DNA from: Oikopleura dioica
Taxonomy: Eukaryota > Animalia > Chordata
Reading direction: 5' to 3'
NCBI GenBank assembly: GCA_907165135.1
Contig: OU015569.1
Span: 8,246,001-8,310,000 of the forward strand
Length of the DNA: 64,000 bases
A model generated the notes under the pieces. That model searched no databases, was not told where the DNA came from, and worked only from the letters and a program-made list of their open reading frames with translations. Made by a program: the position numbers and the translations under genes. Below, in pieces: positions 25,932 through 39,100 of this stretch. Each line of letters starts with the position of its first letter. Position 1 is the stretch's first letter.

Positions 25932-27932
25932 TCACATCATGCCTCCCATTCCACCCATACCGCCCATGCCTCCCATACCAGCCATTGGGTTAGCAGGAGC
26001 GCCTTCTTCTTTCTTCTCCGTAATCACACATTCAGCAGTTGTTAAGAGTGAGGCGACGCCGGACGCATCGATAAGAGCCTGCTTGATAACCTTTGTTGGG
26101 TCAATAACTCCGGCCTTGATCATGTCGATGAATTCGCCAGTGTGAGCATTATAGCCAGGTTCACCAGCCATGATCTTTTCGACAATAGCGCGCCCTTCGA
26201 CGCCCGCGTTGTTGGCAATAGTTGTAGCAGGGATTCTGAAAGCATATATTATCAGAAACATTCTTTACGCGAAGGATTACCGGATAGCTCGGTTGACAAC
26301 ATCTACGCCGATTTGTTCATCAGAATTCTTAGTGTCGACATTCTGAAGAAGTGGAACGCATCGGAGAAGAGCGACTCCGCCACCGGGGACGATGCCTTCT
26401 TCGACAGCAGCACGGGTTGCGCAGAGAGCGTCCTCAAGAAATGTCCTTGGATTTAAATCATAGAATGGACTCTCACCTCAACTCGGTCCTTCTTTTCGCC
26501 AACTTCGACTTCGGAAGCGCCGCCGATTCGGAGAACAGCAACACCTCCAGAAAGTCGTGCCTTTCGTTCTGCTAGCTTTTCTTTCTCGTATTCAGAGTTC
26601 GAGGAGGCAACTGCATCATCAATTTCTTCGCATCGCCGAGAAATCGCATCCGCAGATCCGTTTCCGTTCAACATAAGTGTGTCATCCTGAGTTATTCGGT
26701 TACTACTAAAATCCTAAAGACTTTGAAACCTTAGTGACGACAAGCTCGCCGACTTGACCGAAGTCAGAAGGCTTGATATCTTCGAGCTTGAGGGCAAATG
26801 CTTCATCGTTGAAAATAGTGGCACCAGTCGCGATGCCAATATCCTTCAGAGTGTTCTTTCTATTGTCACCGAAGCCTGGAGCTTTAACAGCGACAACTTT
26901 GAGGCCACCTTTCAGGCGATTCAAGACGAGAGCAGCAATGGCATCAGAATCGACGTCCTCGGCGATGATGACTTAAAGAGTATTTTGAAAATACATAAAT
27001 AAATTGAAGGTGAATACCCATACATTATGGGTAGTTATTACTCAAGTCCCACTTACTGAGGGGTTTCTGGTTCTTTGCAGCAAATTCAAGGGCAGGAATA
27101 AGAGGTTGCACTTCAGAAATTTTTTCTCAGAAAGAAGGACGAGGGCGTTTTCGTAGGCACACTTCAGTCCCTTCTGCTCGGTCATGAAGTAGGGAGAGAT
27201 GTAGCCTCGGTCGAATTTAATACCTTCGGTGACTTCCAATTCGTCTTCAAGAGTCTAATATTAAAATCGTTAAGAGTTTGTCAATCGTTAGTGGAAATAA
27301 TTAACAGTAAATCACCTTTCCATCCTTCACAGTAATGACACCTCGGCGACCAACTCTGTCCATAGCGCGAGCAATCAAATCGCCAACTTCAGTATCTCCG
27401 TTGGCGGAAATAGTAGCGACCTGTGCAATTTCTTCCGAGGTTTCAACGGGCTTAGAGATCTCTTGCAGGTTGTCGACAACGATGTTGACCGCTTTCTGGA
27501 TTCCTCGTCGTACATCGGTTCCGTTGGCTCCTTTCTGGATTCTCTCCATTCCTTCAACAATGATAGCACGTGCTAGGACAGTGGCTCCAGTAGTTCCATC
27601 ACCGGCTTTATCGTTGGTATTGTTGGCGACGTCCTGAACAAGTCGGGCACCAATGTTCTCCATTTTATCGGGTAGGTCAACGCTTTTTGCGACGGTAACA
27701 CCATCCTGAATATAAAGTGAATAGAAGATGGAAATTGATAACAAACCTTCGTGATTTGTGGAGCGCCCCACGACTTCTCAATAATAACAGTAGAGCCTTT
27801 TGGCCCCATGGTGCAAGCAACAGCGTCGGCAAGCTTGTTAATACCCTTCATCATGTCCTTCTTCGCCTGGAGTCCGAAGGCGATTTCTTTGGCGCCACGC
27901 TTGGCGACGACTTTTTGTCCAGCTCGAAGCAT
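25932..27932 (-). CDS. HSPD1: Mitochondrial chaperonin HSP60
   Basis: [39 protein letters not shown] and GGM-repeat tail. One apparent 1-nt deletion at 27120-27125. Confidence 0.97.
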
Positions 27933-28100
27933 TTTGAAAGTTAACGTGCTCTCTACAAAACAAAACTAAATTAGCTTGACCTCAGAGTAAAGTTATCTTA
28001 ATAGATCCTTGAAGGACCCGCAGATATTATGATGCAACTGGCGCATATTTGAACAAGTTTGCGCTGGATTTTGGCTAGCCCCGAATAGGGACGCCCACGC

Positions 28101-28125
28101 CTTCGAGAACATTCCAGAATCTTCA
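28101..28125. promoter_or_regulatory. Heat-shock element, five perfect alternating nGAAn units
   Basis: cTTCg aGAAc aTTCc aGAAt cTTCa, about 170 nt upstream of the HSP60 ATG. Confidence 0.9.
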
Positions 28126-28289
28126 GTAGTACCTTGAGTCAGAAAAAAATGATGTGATAATTTTGAAGGGAATAATTTATTTTAAAAACATATTGTTGAA
28201 GGCATCAAGTCTTTAGCAATGTTTCGGCGAACTTTATTGGAGTACCGGTGAAATTTCAGCCGGATAAATAAATAAGTGAATCGGATGTT

Positions 28290-30610
28290 TCAGTGGTTGT
28301 TACTGTATCTTTCAATTGTGCTAGATTTGAACTGTTGTATAATTTCGTCTATGAGCTGTGTCGGCTGCATCTCTTCCTGTGTGCAGTTGCGATACATTTC
28401 AGCAGGCGAGAGTCCGTTCCCATGTTTCAGAAAACCATTGTATAGCGTCATCCCAGCATCTCGATTGAGAGGGTTGCTTTCAAAAAGCTAACAAAAGATT
28501 CATTAAAATATGTTAGTTCGAATCCAATACCTGAGTCCATATTCGCCCAGCAACAGCCTGCGCCCATAAGTACGAGTAATATTTTGCCCCATATATCGCG
28601 AAATGACTGAACCTGTTCCACCATCCTGAGTGTCCGTCAGCTTCAAAAGGGGCGTGATCGACGGCAACTCTATTTATCGTCTTCCTGAAATCTTCTTCCG
28701 TCGGACCATGTAACTCCAAGTCACAGAGGGCGGTGAATATCTACCATTATACACTAATTGATCGTATATGAAGTAACATACTGTATTTTGAAGCTCAATT
28801 GCAGGTATATAAGATGAGTTTCGAGCTGAATTTCTCAGGATGCGGCTTTCCTCTTCAGACAGCTCCAACATATCTCCCGAATAATCCCGCGCTTTGCACA
28901 TTCGTAGTACTGCAGGGACAGTCGCGAACCGTTCGAAGAGCGTTGATGGTACTTCTGCAAAGTCGGTGGAAATTCGCGTGCCGAAAAGATGCTGATAACG
29001 CGTACGTGCAAGTATTGAGTGCAATGCGTGGCCCATTTCGTGAAAGATTGTTGTCAACTCATCGTGGGAGATTTCAGACGCTTCTCCACGATTTTGACAG
29101 GAGAATGAAACGACAATGATCGGATTCTGGTAAGATGTCTTCGATAACTGTTTGCCGCAGCGAACAGTAAAATGACAGTCCATACATCGTTTGTCTTGCC
29201 GCGTAAATGGGTCCACGTAAATAGTTCTGTAAAAACAGTTAGCTTAAAATCTTACTGTCAATGAGTAAAAGAACTCACCCATAATCAGTTTCACCATATG
29301 CTACACGGTATTTCAAAACACTTGGGTGCCAGACTTCCCCATCTTTCGGGGTCTCTTTCGTAAAAACAATTCCAAAAAGTGCCTCTGCTAACTCGAAAAA
29401 TCCATTAATGCAGTCGTAGAAATTGAGCTTCATTGGAACCTGTGTGGCTTGTAAGTTGGCAACGGCGTATATATCCCACGGTCCAGGAGGGGACGAGTCG
29501 TCTATAAACTGGGAAATGTGGCGGCGATCATTCTCTAGAAAAGGACGCATTTCGTCAGATAGGCTTCTCAGGAAATAGCCGACTTCTTCTGGCCCCTTCG
29601 GAGCAGAGAGCATCAAAGCACGATGAGAAAAACTGTCGAAATTTAGAGCGCGTGCCATTTTGCGTCGATTACTGAAGAGAGCTTGATTATTAACAGTTAA
29701 GTCATCCAATTTGTAGTAGCTTAGTTGAGGGTACACAATAAGTAAAATAAAGTATAAATTTATGCTTAATAGGAGTCGAATCCATGTTAGCGAAAAATAT
29801 GTGAAACCCAAGTAACTGAGATAAGATTCGCGTCGCAAGTCTCGATCTGGATGTCGCATGAGCCATGAGTATTGAACCATCAGATTACGACCTTGCATTT
29901 TATGCTCTTCGGCCACTCGATAACTCAGTAAAGCAGCGTTCAATCGAGAACTGTTGGCCTCTTTATCGAAAACAGATGGTTGTCGAGCCATTTGGGCAAG
30001 ATAAGACTGATTCTCAATGATGTCCGAATGAATGGAGACATAGGCCCGACGTTCTTCTTCTGGCAAGTTGATACCAGACTGTTCAAAGTCGTGAAGCAAG
30101 AGTGTAGCACAGCGGAAAGTATCTTCATCTGCACTTTTAAGTAATTCAGAATCACAGAACGCTTTGAGAGGCCGATGCAGCTCCGAACTAGAATTCAACT
30201 CTTCCACATAGCCGCCAAGCCGTTGATGGCACTGGTCTGCAGCGTCAGCGATGTCGTTATCGGGGTGAATAGATCGGATGCAATCTGAAATGAAAGAAAA
30301 TTGATACAATCTACTAAAAAGCTTGAAATTGATACTATCTACTAAAAATCTTACCGGACATGTCTGCAGTGATACAAATTCGATTTGATAACGAGTCCAC
30401 TGCTTCTACGACATCCTCGATTCTTGAGTTGACAACGACGTCCACGCATTTTTCGATGTCAGCAATGGCTTCTTTAGTGTCACGCTCGAAGTCTGTAGGC
30501 TTTCTCAAATTCTTTCCGAAGAGCCCACTTTTTCCATCGTTTTTAGAATTTCCAAACCATGAAAGTCTTCTTGCCCTAACTCTAACGCTTCTCTCAAAAA
30601 TTTTCTTCAT
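28290..30610 (-). CDS. MIPEP: Mitochondrial intermediate peptidase (M3A metallopeptidase)
   Basis: 'DSLSNRICITADM', 'TIFHEMGHALHSIL' (HEXXH), 'TDFAEVPS', 'RFSHFAIYGAKYYSYLW'. Confidence 0.93.
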
Positions 30611-30835
30611 ATCTTTCTCTATAGAATCATTCTTAAATCGAAGATATTAGAAGGGCGGAAATTAACAGAAACAGATACTGAAATAGAAAAATAAAAATAT
30701 CTTTAGCAGAAAATAAACAGGATAGAAAAGATCAAGGCAGAGTCCATATCACGAATTTACGAGTGCAGATTTTGATACGTAAGGTCGGCGCTCATTAAAA
30801 TAAACGAAGTTAAGTGTCTAATTACAGGTCATGTT

Positions 30836-32906
30836 TTAAACTGACAAGGGCTCCGCGATCGGTATCGGGACAATGGAGCTTATCACAGGCTTCGTTTGCT
30901 CCCTCGGTGTAATGAGCACTTTTACGTCGCCAGTTTCGCCGTTTTCACTAGTATTTCTTACGAGAACTTCGACACTCGTGGATTTCCCAGGTAATAGAAG
31001 AGGCAGTACGATGACTTTTCTTTCAATCGCGAAAATATTGCGATTGTAAATGAGCCCAAGAACAAATCTTTGCTTCAAATTGATCGTTTCCTTCGTATTC
31101 GTTACGCATATTTTTAGCTTGAAGACAGGCCCAACGCCGAATAAGCTCACAGTCATGGAAATTCCGTACACATCTGTTGAGGGAGCGAGTGCTTTATTCT
31201 GGATCTTCAGCATTTCTCTTCCGGCCATAAGTCTCAATTTTGAGAGGTCGTATTGGAAATTATTCATAATCGATTGTACGTTCTTTTTCTCAATATCTAT
31301 TTGGTCTAAGTAAGCTTGTTCCATCTTGGGCATTTTTATTGCCAGTCCGACTTCGCGACTTGTTTTGGCGATATCCTTCTTCTGAAAAGTCGCCTTTCGC
31401 CGGACGAAGAAAACCTCTAACGCGCCGTTTTCCGTAACTGTGACAAGTGTCGAGTCTTCTCTGTCATATCTACCAAACGTAACAGCAACGACATTTTCGT
31501 TCGTCTCTAATTCGTCGACAAGCTCAGTGTCCCTATAAAATAATAATGAAAACGATTGGGGAAGATAATAATTTAACCTAAAAATTTGGATGACATTTTT
31601 ATCTGTGCTAACAAGCACGCCTGTGATTCCTTTATCTTTGACATCTAGTCCACAGATTGCCAGTGGCCGTCCTTTTGTTCGCCTCATATGCTTGATTCTT
31701 CCATCCTCGTGGTATATATGAAGCGTATCGTCTGTACAAGCGACGAAAAGATAAGAGGCGCTCTTGACGAAGCCGACGGCATGAGTGGAAAGTGTAAACA
31801 ACACACGAGGCTCAGAATCGCGGTCAAAGGAGTAGCAAATTCCATCCCTTGCAATCACAAATATTCTGTAATCAACGTCGAACAGGCCTGCGTGTTCGAT
31901 AAAAACAGGAACTTATTTATGCTTTTTATTTCAAGTTTAAAATTTATGACGAACGTAAATTTATAAATGAATAACGCATGCGGAATGCCACACGCCGGTT
32001 CGTTTCCGCCCAAGCAAAATATGGCACCATAAGAATTAATCATAAGCTTTTCCTGAAGGTAGCTCTACTCTTCGAAGTACCGTAAAGGCCGCGCAATCCA
32101 TTATCTGAAGTTCGGCATCTTCGGTGGCAACGATCAAGCATGATACTCCAGTTTCGTCTGGAACGCTTTTCTTCATTGCACTCATCGCGACGATGTTTGA
32201 AACTCTGGTAAGAGGTTTTTGCTAAGAAAAGAATGAAAACAGATGACTTTTAGGATGTCTTACGTGATTAGCTCTGGCATATGCGGCTCTTTCATCGGCA
32301 TTGGGTAAGTTGAGGAAAATCCGAGATCGCTGAGAAAGAGGAATTCCTTGTTGGTAACGAAGAGTGGTAAGAACATCAGCGAGATTTTCGAAATCGAAAT
32401 TCTCTTCCCGCGAATGGATCCAAGCTTCTTTTTCGATTTGGTTGAGCTCTAGCTCTGGCAGTGTGTACTTGAAAAAGGCGCGCATGTTCTTGTAGATGAA
32501 AATAGCAGCACCGGCCGCTACACCAACCGCCGTCACACCTTTACTGTATCGAGATTATGCGTGTTACAAGATGACCTCTTCACCTGATGTTGAAGCTCGT
32601 AACCGCAGATGGGAGCCCGAGAATAGCGTTTTGGGAGACAAGCGACGTTTTAGAGAAGACTTTGAGCATAAACTTGGAGACTCCATCGTTGAAAGATGCA
32701 GCTATCAACTTGGATTCCCCATTGTTGCCGGTGTCACTTAGGGCTAAGTGACAGGAGTACACAGACAGACGTGCAAGAGGCTGACTTAATATAACTATTA
32801 TCTCTTGCCGCAAAGGGAAGACGGCAGACCTAAAAGCAGTGATGAAGCATGCTTCATTATTCGGTTCCGCAGTTCGATCCTCTCTCCCAAAGTTAACTTC
32901 GTCCAT
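30836..32906 (-). CDS. BBS1: Bardet-Biedl syndrome 1 protein (BBSome)
   Basis: 'IFIYKNMRAFFKYTLP', 'LPSVPVFIEHAGLFDVDYRI', 'FGRYDREDSTLV', 'DLSKLRL', 'GVGPVFKL'. Confidence 0.92.
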
Positions 32907-33116
32907 ACGTCTAATATTAGAATGTTTCGATTCCATTTCGAATTAATTTCCTTTATTGTTGATAAATGAGCTTTTCGACAGGCTTAGCTTTTGGTTGAAA
33001 AATGAACAGAACTGATAGAATGAGTGTAGAATAGGATGCGAACAATGTACAGTAGAGAAAATTGTTTCATGAATTGAAAATTCGTTTGAAGAGAAAAGGA
33101 ACAATAGATCAGTTAA

Positions 33117-36100
33117 TTATTTATGAGTTTCATCGTCGCTAGATTTCTGATGCTCGAGTTCAGCAGCCTCACGTAGACGGCGACGATTCTCAATCCTCGT
33201 GCACTTCGGGCAACTTTCAAGAGTGTTTCTGAAGCAATTTGCATGAAAGCAAGCGCAACATTTCAAACAGGAGGACGTTTCTTCGGTTTCAAACGGATAA
33301 ATAAGGTTATCAGACCCGCAAAGCTCGCAATAGAAGCCTAAAGAAAACACTTGACAAAATCTTATCAAGGATTGGATTTACCTTTAAACCCACAAGTTTC
33401 GCACAGAGAAATGTGTCTTTTTCCAGCTTCGTAAAGTTGACTTAGCGAAGTTTCCAATGACTCCTCCTGAAACTCTACAAGATCTGCGACAGAATAACGA
33501 TGAATATCTCCAGTCAGATACTCTCGTCCATGCGCAAACTTATCATATATTTCTTTGCCTTTTGAGCAAGTTTTCAGATACGGTTCCATCTTCTGAAGGC
33601 GGATTCGAAGCTTTCGAACTCGCTCTAAGGCCGGCACATGACTTCAAGGAAATTGATTAAATTAGGGCGGAAAAATTTAAGAATATTTACCCATACAACG
33701 CCGAATTCGTCTCATTTATTTCTAACAAAGGATCGTGCTGAACTCGGCTCAGGTAACAGCGAGCTCGTTTACAAATTGATCTGGCCGAAAGGTCCCAGTT
33801 GAAAATCATCCGCGCAGGAATGACGGAGACCTTGACAGAGACCACGAGTTTGGAAATAATGGGTTCAGAGCGGCTAGTCCGTTATGTAACTCAGTGTGCC
33901 TCGGGCTGCGCGGAGGCGGACGATTTTCGCTCGACTCTGCGCCCGGCGCAAATTTCCAGTTCAGTGTCCTGCCAACCTCGGCGAAAGCCGCTTTGCATTT
34001 TTATGATCGAGCGCCAAATACATAGAGAAAAACTCCATCTACTGTGTCTTCACTGAGTTTATTCTAGAGTTGTCGTAGCAGGAATTCGTAGCAACGAGGC
34101 ACAAAAAGAACATGGCCTCATCGTTGACCATAGTCGTACCCTTGGACAGTAGCTTCTCAAGAGTTACTGGCCAAGGATACTCTCGGACTCCGTTGAGAAC
34201 CCAGTAACTGGTGTGCAGAAGAGCTGAGTGCTCGAATTTCCCTCTACGATCACTCGGTATTGTATTTTCTATCTTTATTTTTACTTTTATGTTATTTTTT
34301 ATGTTATTTTTACGTTAACTCTGTCGGTCAAGGTATGAGCCGAGCGGCGTGATTTCGCCCCTCGTCACATTTTTCCTAGTTCTAGCTCCCAGCCCTTATT
34401 ATCACGCGGTCTAGGGGATGGTCCTGGGCGGCCAATGAGAACACCGTCTTCCCCGAAAACTGCTGGCCGGTTTTCGAGGCAACGGATGCTTCCAAGGTCG
34501 AAAACATAATAACATGTCCGCAGTAACGGACTTTGCGCACAATCTCCTGCGAACCTGTTGATGAGAACGACAACAGTTGATCGCGGTTGTAGATCAAGTC
34601 AGTGTAACGGAATCCGGACAAGCCGTTGCGCACTAGACTTAGGCTAGCCCCATATCAGATTTTTCAAATTTTATTTTCGCGCATTTTCAACGAAAGATTT
34701 TCGTTGTAAGATTCCGAAAGGTTTCTTATCCCAAGTCTCAATCAAACCTTGATAGTGTAGCACTCCTAGAATCTCCATCTTTCAGCAATGACTACGACAA
34801 TGGAGGAACTAAAAGCCAAGATTCTTGTGGCTCAGACTAAACTCGCTACCTACACTGATCGCCCTGCCACCACGGATGCCCAGGTTCAGGCCAAAGCTGA
34901 CCTCGAAAAGGAGATCGCCGATGCCAAAGCTGAACTCGTCCAACTTGTTATGAGCGCCGGTCCAGCTACTTCCGCCAGCTCGGGTTCTTCGGACATGATT
35001 CATTTGGAAGGCCAACTATTGTGCCAACACTTGCAATCACTGCCCAAGTTCACCGGTGCCAGTGCCGAAGATGCTAGCACGTTCATCAACAAAGTAAAAG
35101 CGATTATCCAGTCTTGCCGAACTCTCGACTTTGAACGCATCTACGCTTCCATTAAGCCTAAGTTATCGGCTAATGTTTTGAAGACGCTAGAACTTGCTTC
35201 AATTAAGAGTGAAAGCGACCTTGTCAAGTGCATCCAAACCAATTATGGCAATGCTAGCAACGTTTTCCAACGCTTGGAAACATGGCAAAACCGACCGAAG
35301 CCATTTAATAAGTCGTTCTCGACCTTCCATGCCGAGTGCGTTGCCCAGCTAGAGCCGATCATCCAAGGGTACGAGGAACTGATCAAAGCGAACAAGATCA
35401 AAGCTGACCCTACGCTTACTTCCTACACTCCGACATTTCATGATGCTTTTAACCTCCTCGTCACGATGAAGACCTTGCACTCGATCCGCCAGGAGTCGGC
35501 CGAGTTGTACAGCTCCATCGTGATCGAGTTGAGTACGTTCTCATCCCCGGACCAGCTTGCTGCGAGAGCTCAGGCACTCAGCGTCCAGACTACTTTCTCC
35601 TCGTGCAATGCCGCCGAGTCGAGACGCCCTGGAAACCAGTCTAACAAGAAGGGAAACAATTCCAGCGCGAAGAACGACAAGCGCGACGACGACGATCGTC
35701 ACAACAACGCTCAGTCGAACAATAATCAGAATCAATCCAATAATAACCGACGTCGCCGCCGTAATGGCAATAACAATGGTGGCCACGCTGGCAACGGCAA
35801 TGGTCACAACGGCGATAACCGCCAAAACAACGGGAACAATCGTTCCAACAACGGTGGTAACGCGGGCAATGGGAACAACGGCGCCAAGGGTAACCCAAAC
35901 AATCAGTCTATGTACAGGCGCCACGATGGCCCTAATTACCCTCCTCAAATGCGTCGATACCAATCAAACCCTGCCTATGGTCAGCAAGTCTACGGCGTCA
36001 ACGCCGCCGAGTCGGCCGATTGCGCGCCGCCACAGGGATACGAGCACTTTGAAAGTCCGTATAATCCTAACGCAGCCCCTTTCGTGCCACACAATCAGAT

Positions 36101-39100
36101 GTACAATTACAACAACGCATCTTACTACGCTGACCCTCACCCCGAGTATTCTTCAAAAAACTAATTGGCTCCGGCGGAACATCTGATTTCGTCGGACTTT
36201 CTCTTGCCAAAGCTGCTAAGCTTCCCGTCTGCGGTGGCTCCTTTTTTAAACATTGTTCGGCCAACAGCGAAGCCGTCTACCTTCCTGTGGAGTTCATTCA
36301 ACGCCATAAATTTTCTGGCCTTTGGGTCCCGTGCTTGTACGATACTGGCAGCTTCGGAAGCCTAATTTCTGAGCGTGCAGCACGCGATCTCAACCTCAAA
36401 ATTGAGCCGACTTCACAGAAAGTAAGGGGATCGGCGCTGAAAACCGCTGTATTGGCGTTATCAACACCAGCATTCGCATTGGCCCACACGCAATGTTCCC
36501 AACTACCAGGTGGTTTGTACTTCCGTCAAATGCGATGCAAATCCCGGCTATCATTGGTAGACATCCTCTTTTCGACCGCTGCGGAGAGATCATTCAAGTA
36601 CTTGGGGATCGAAAATTACTGTTACGTGCTTATCACGGAAACACTTTAGCTAAGATTCCGTATGTGAATAACCCCAAGTACGAGAGTTTCTTCCAGTGCT
36701 TCGATTCTGGCAAAACCTACGCTGCTTACGAGTCCGTCACTGCTGTCGATCTCGTCGAGATCGTCAAGAAGGAAATCGGTGCCAACATCCACATCGGCGA
36801 CAATCCCAGCAGAGCCAAGCGAGTCGCGCAGATTGTCCTTGACAGACGCCCAGCTTATTCAACTCCTTCTCGCCCTGTTGGCAAATTCAAAAGCTATGTG
36901 GCTGATATTGACACCGTGCCTGGACAAACGAAGCACGTCCCTCAATTCCGAGTAGCGCAACGCCATGTACCTGCGATAACAGCTGAGTTTGAGAAGCTCA
37001 AAGCCCTGACTGTTCTAGTTCCAAGCGATAACACGTGCGGCTGGAACACGCCAGTGGGTGGTGTTCTTAAGAGCGATGGTTCAACAAGACTAATCCTCAA
37101 TCTCAACCTCACTGTTAACAAACTTTTAGTTAACAACGACACGTTCATGATTCCGTCCATCGACGCTGAAGCCGAGATCCCTCCGGGCATGATATTCTTT
37201 GGCACGATCGATATATCGAAAGGCTTTTGGAATATCGCTGTTCGAGAGGAAGATCAGGTCAAGCTAACCGTGACTTGGAATAATGAAACTCTCAAATTTA
37301 CGCGGTTGCCTTTCGGGCTCCGCACTTCCGGTCACATTTTTTCTCGCGCTATTGCATTTGCTCTTCGTGGCATGAAATACCGTGAGAACATCAAAGTATA
37401 TGTGGACGATATCCTCATATTCGCTTCTGACTTCGATACCTACTGCGAAACACTGATCGAGCTCCTCGACAAAATACACGAATACGGTTTTGTCGCTGGA
37501 GGCAAGAAAACGTTTCTGCTTTATGATGAGGTAAAATGGTTGGGCCGCATTGTCAACACTCATGGAACGACTGTCGATCCCGACAACGCCGCCGCTATCC
37601 TCAAGATGACCCCTCCGACTGATTACAAAGGGCTTCAAAGCCTGATTGGCCTCTGTAATTGGATTCGTAACTACTGTTCTGTCAAGCCGATGGACAATGT
37701 CGCTTCTGAGTCATTCAGCGACATAATGAAGCCAATTACTGGACTGCTGAAAACGAATCGCCCCAAGTCAAAATTTACGTGGTCATCGGAAGCGTCGAAG
37801 GCGTTCAACAAGTTAAAACAGAAACTTGCATCGCCAGCGACTCTATGGTTCCCGGACTTCAACCTTCCCTTCTGCTTGGTAACAGATGCTAGCTCAGCTG
37901 CTGCCGGCTGGGCCCTGCTCCAAGTCGTAGATGGAAAATCTAGAATCGTCCGAATCGGTTCAAAAACACTCACAGACACTCAACGACGGTACTCTGCCAC
38001 TGAGCGAGAAGCCCTCGGAGTTGTTCTAGCTGTTACCGATTGCCGTGTTTACCTCACTGGTCGCCGTTTTATCATCAAAAGCGACCATAAAGCCCTCAGT
38101 TTTATTGACGCGAAGACAAGTAAGAACGACAAGCTCGCCCGATGGTGGGCCTTCCTCTCACAGTTCGACTTTTGCGTTCAATACCTCGAAGGAGAGAAGA
38201 ATTCCTTGGCTGACTATTACAGTCGCCCGTCAAACGAAAGTACTCTTCGCCCGACTTTCAACGGTGAATCGATTCCAGCCGGTCAATTTCACGATTTCCA
38301 CGGGTTTCGGATTTATGTTCCATCCTGGATCGATCTCTCCAAACAGCCGAAAGTACATTTCGATGCCAACGAATTATCGATGTCTAATGGAAGTGACCTT
38401 GTTGCCCATGTGTGCGACAAAGTCCCAATCGAGAGTTCCCTGTGTCAAAAGACGAGTATCACATCAGAACAGTATGCCTGCGAGCCGATCAAAGACGCGA
38501 TAGATGCGTTGAGACACTCCAAAGCATTTCAATCTGACTCGAAATGCGAAGAATCGGCCTATCTTGCCCGCGAATTTCGTCATCTTAGCTTATGCGAAGA
38601 TACTGGTGCCTTGCTCCATCAAAAACGCATGTACATTCCCGCCTCTCTCCGTCCAGACGTGTTAAGATCATATCATGATAACTGTAATCACGCTGGAGGC
38701 AAGAGAATGCTCGAGAAAATGTCGCATATGACTTGGCCCAGTCTCGCAACTGATGTGACTAACTACGTCAAATCCTGCCCTTGCCATCATGTTAGCGGTC
38801 AACGTGGACGTCATCAAGACCCCGGTTTCCGCCCTACTGTCAAAGGCGAACGGCCCTTTCAGCGTTGCCACGTGGATTTTATTGAGCTTCCGGTCAGCCG
38901 ATCAGGCCTCCGGTACGCCGTCACGATCCTCTGCACTTTCACGAAATACCTTATTGTTGTTCCTACCCGTCGCTGTCGCGCAGTGGACGCAGTAAAGGCA
39001 ATTACTGAAAATCTACTCGACGTTTATCCCCAGCCAGAAATCCTGTCGACCGACCGCGGCACGCACTTTACGAGTCAGCTCAATGCCGAATTTGCACTCG

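Noticed and set aside
29715-29820. Hydrophobic in-frame insert in the MIPEP ORF
   Set aside because: Most likely a stop-free intron. It has an end-to-end stem, but the donor is ambiguous, so it was not counted.
35541-36186. Long alternative-frame and antisense ORFs over gag
   Set aside because: By-products of low-complexity AAC-rich codons.
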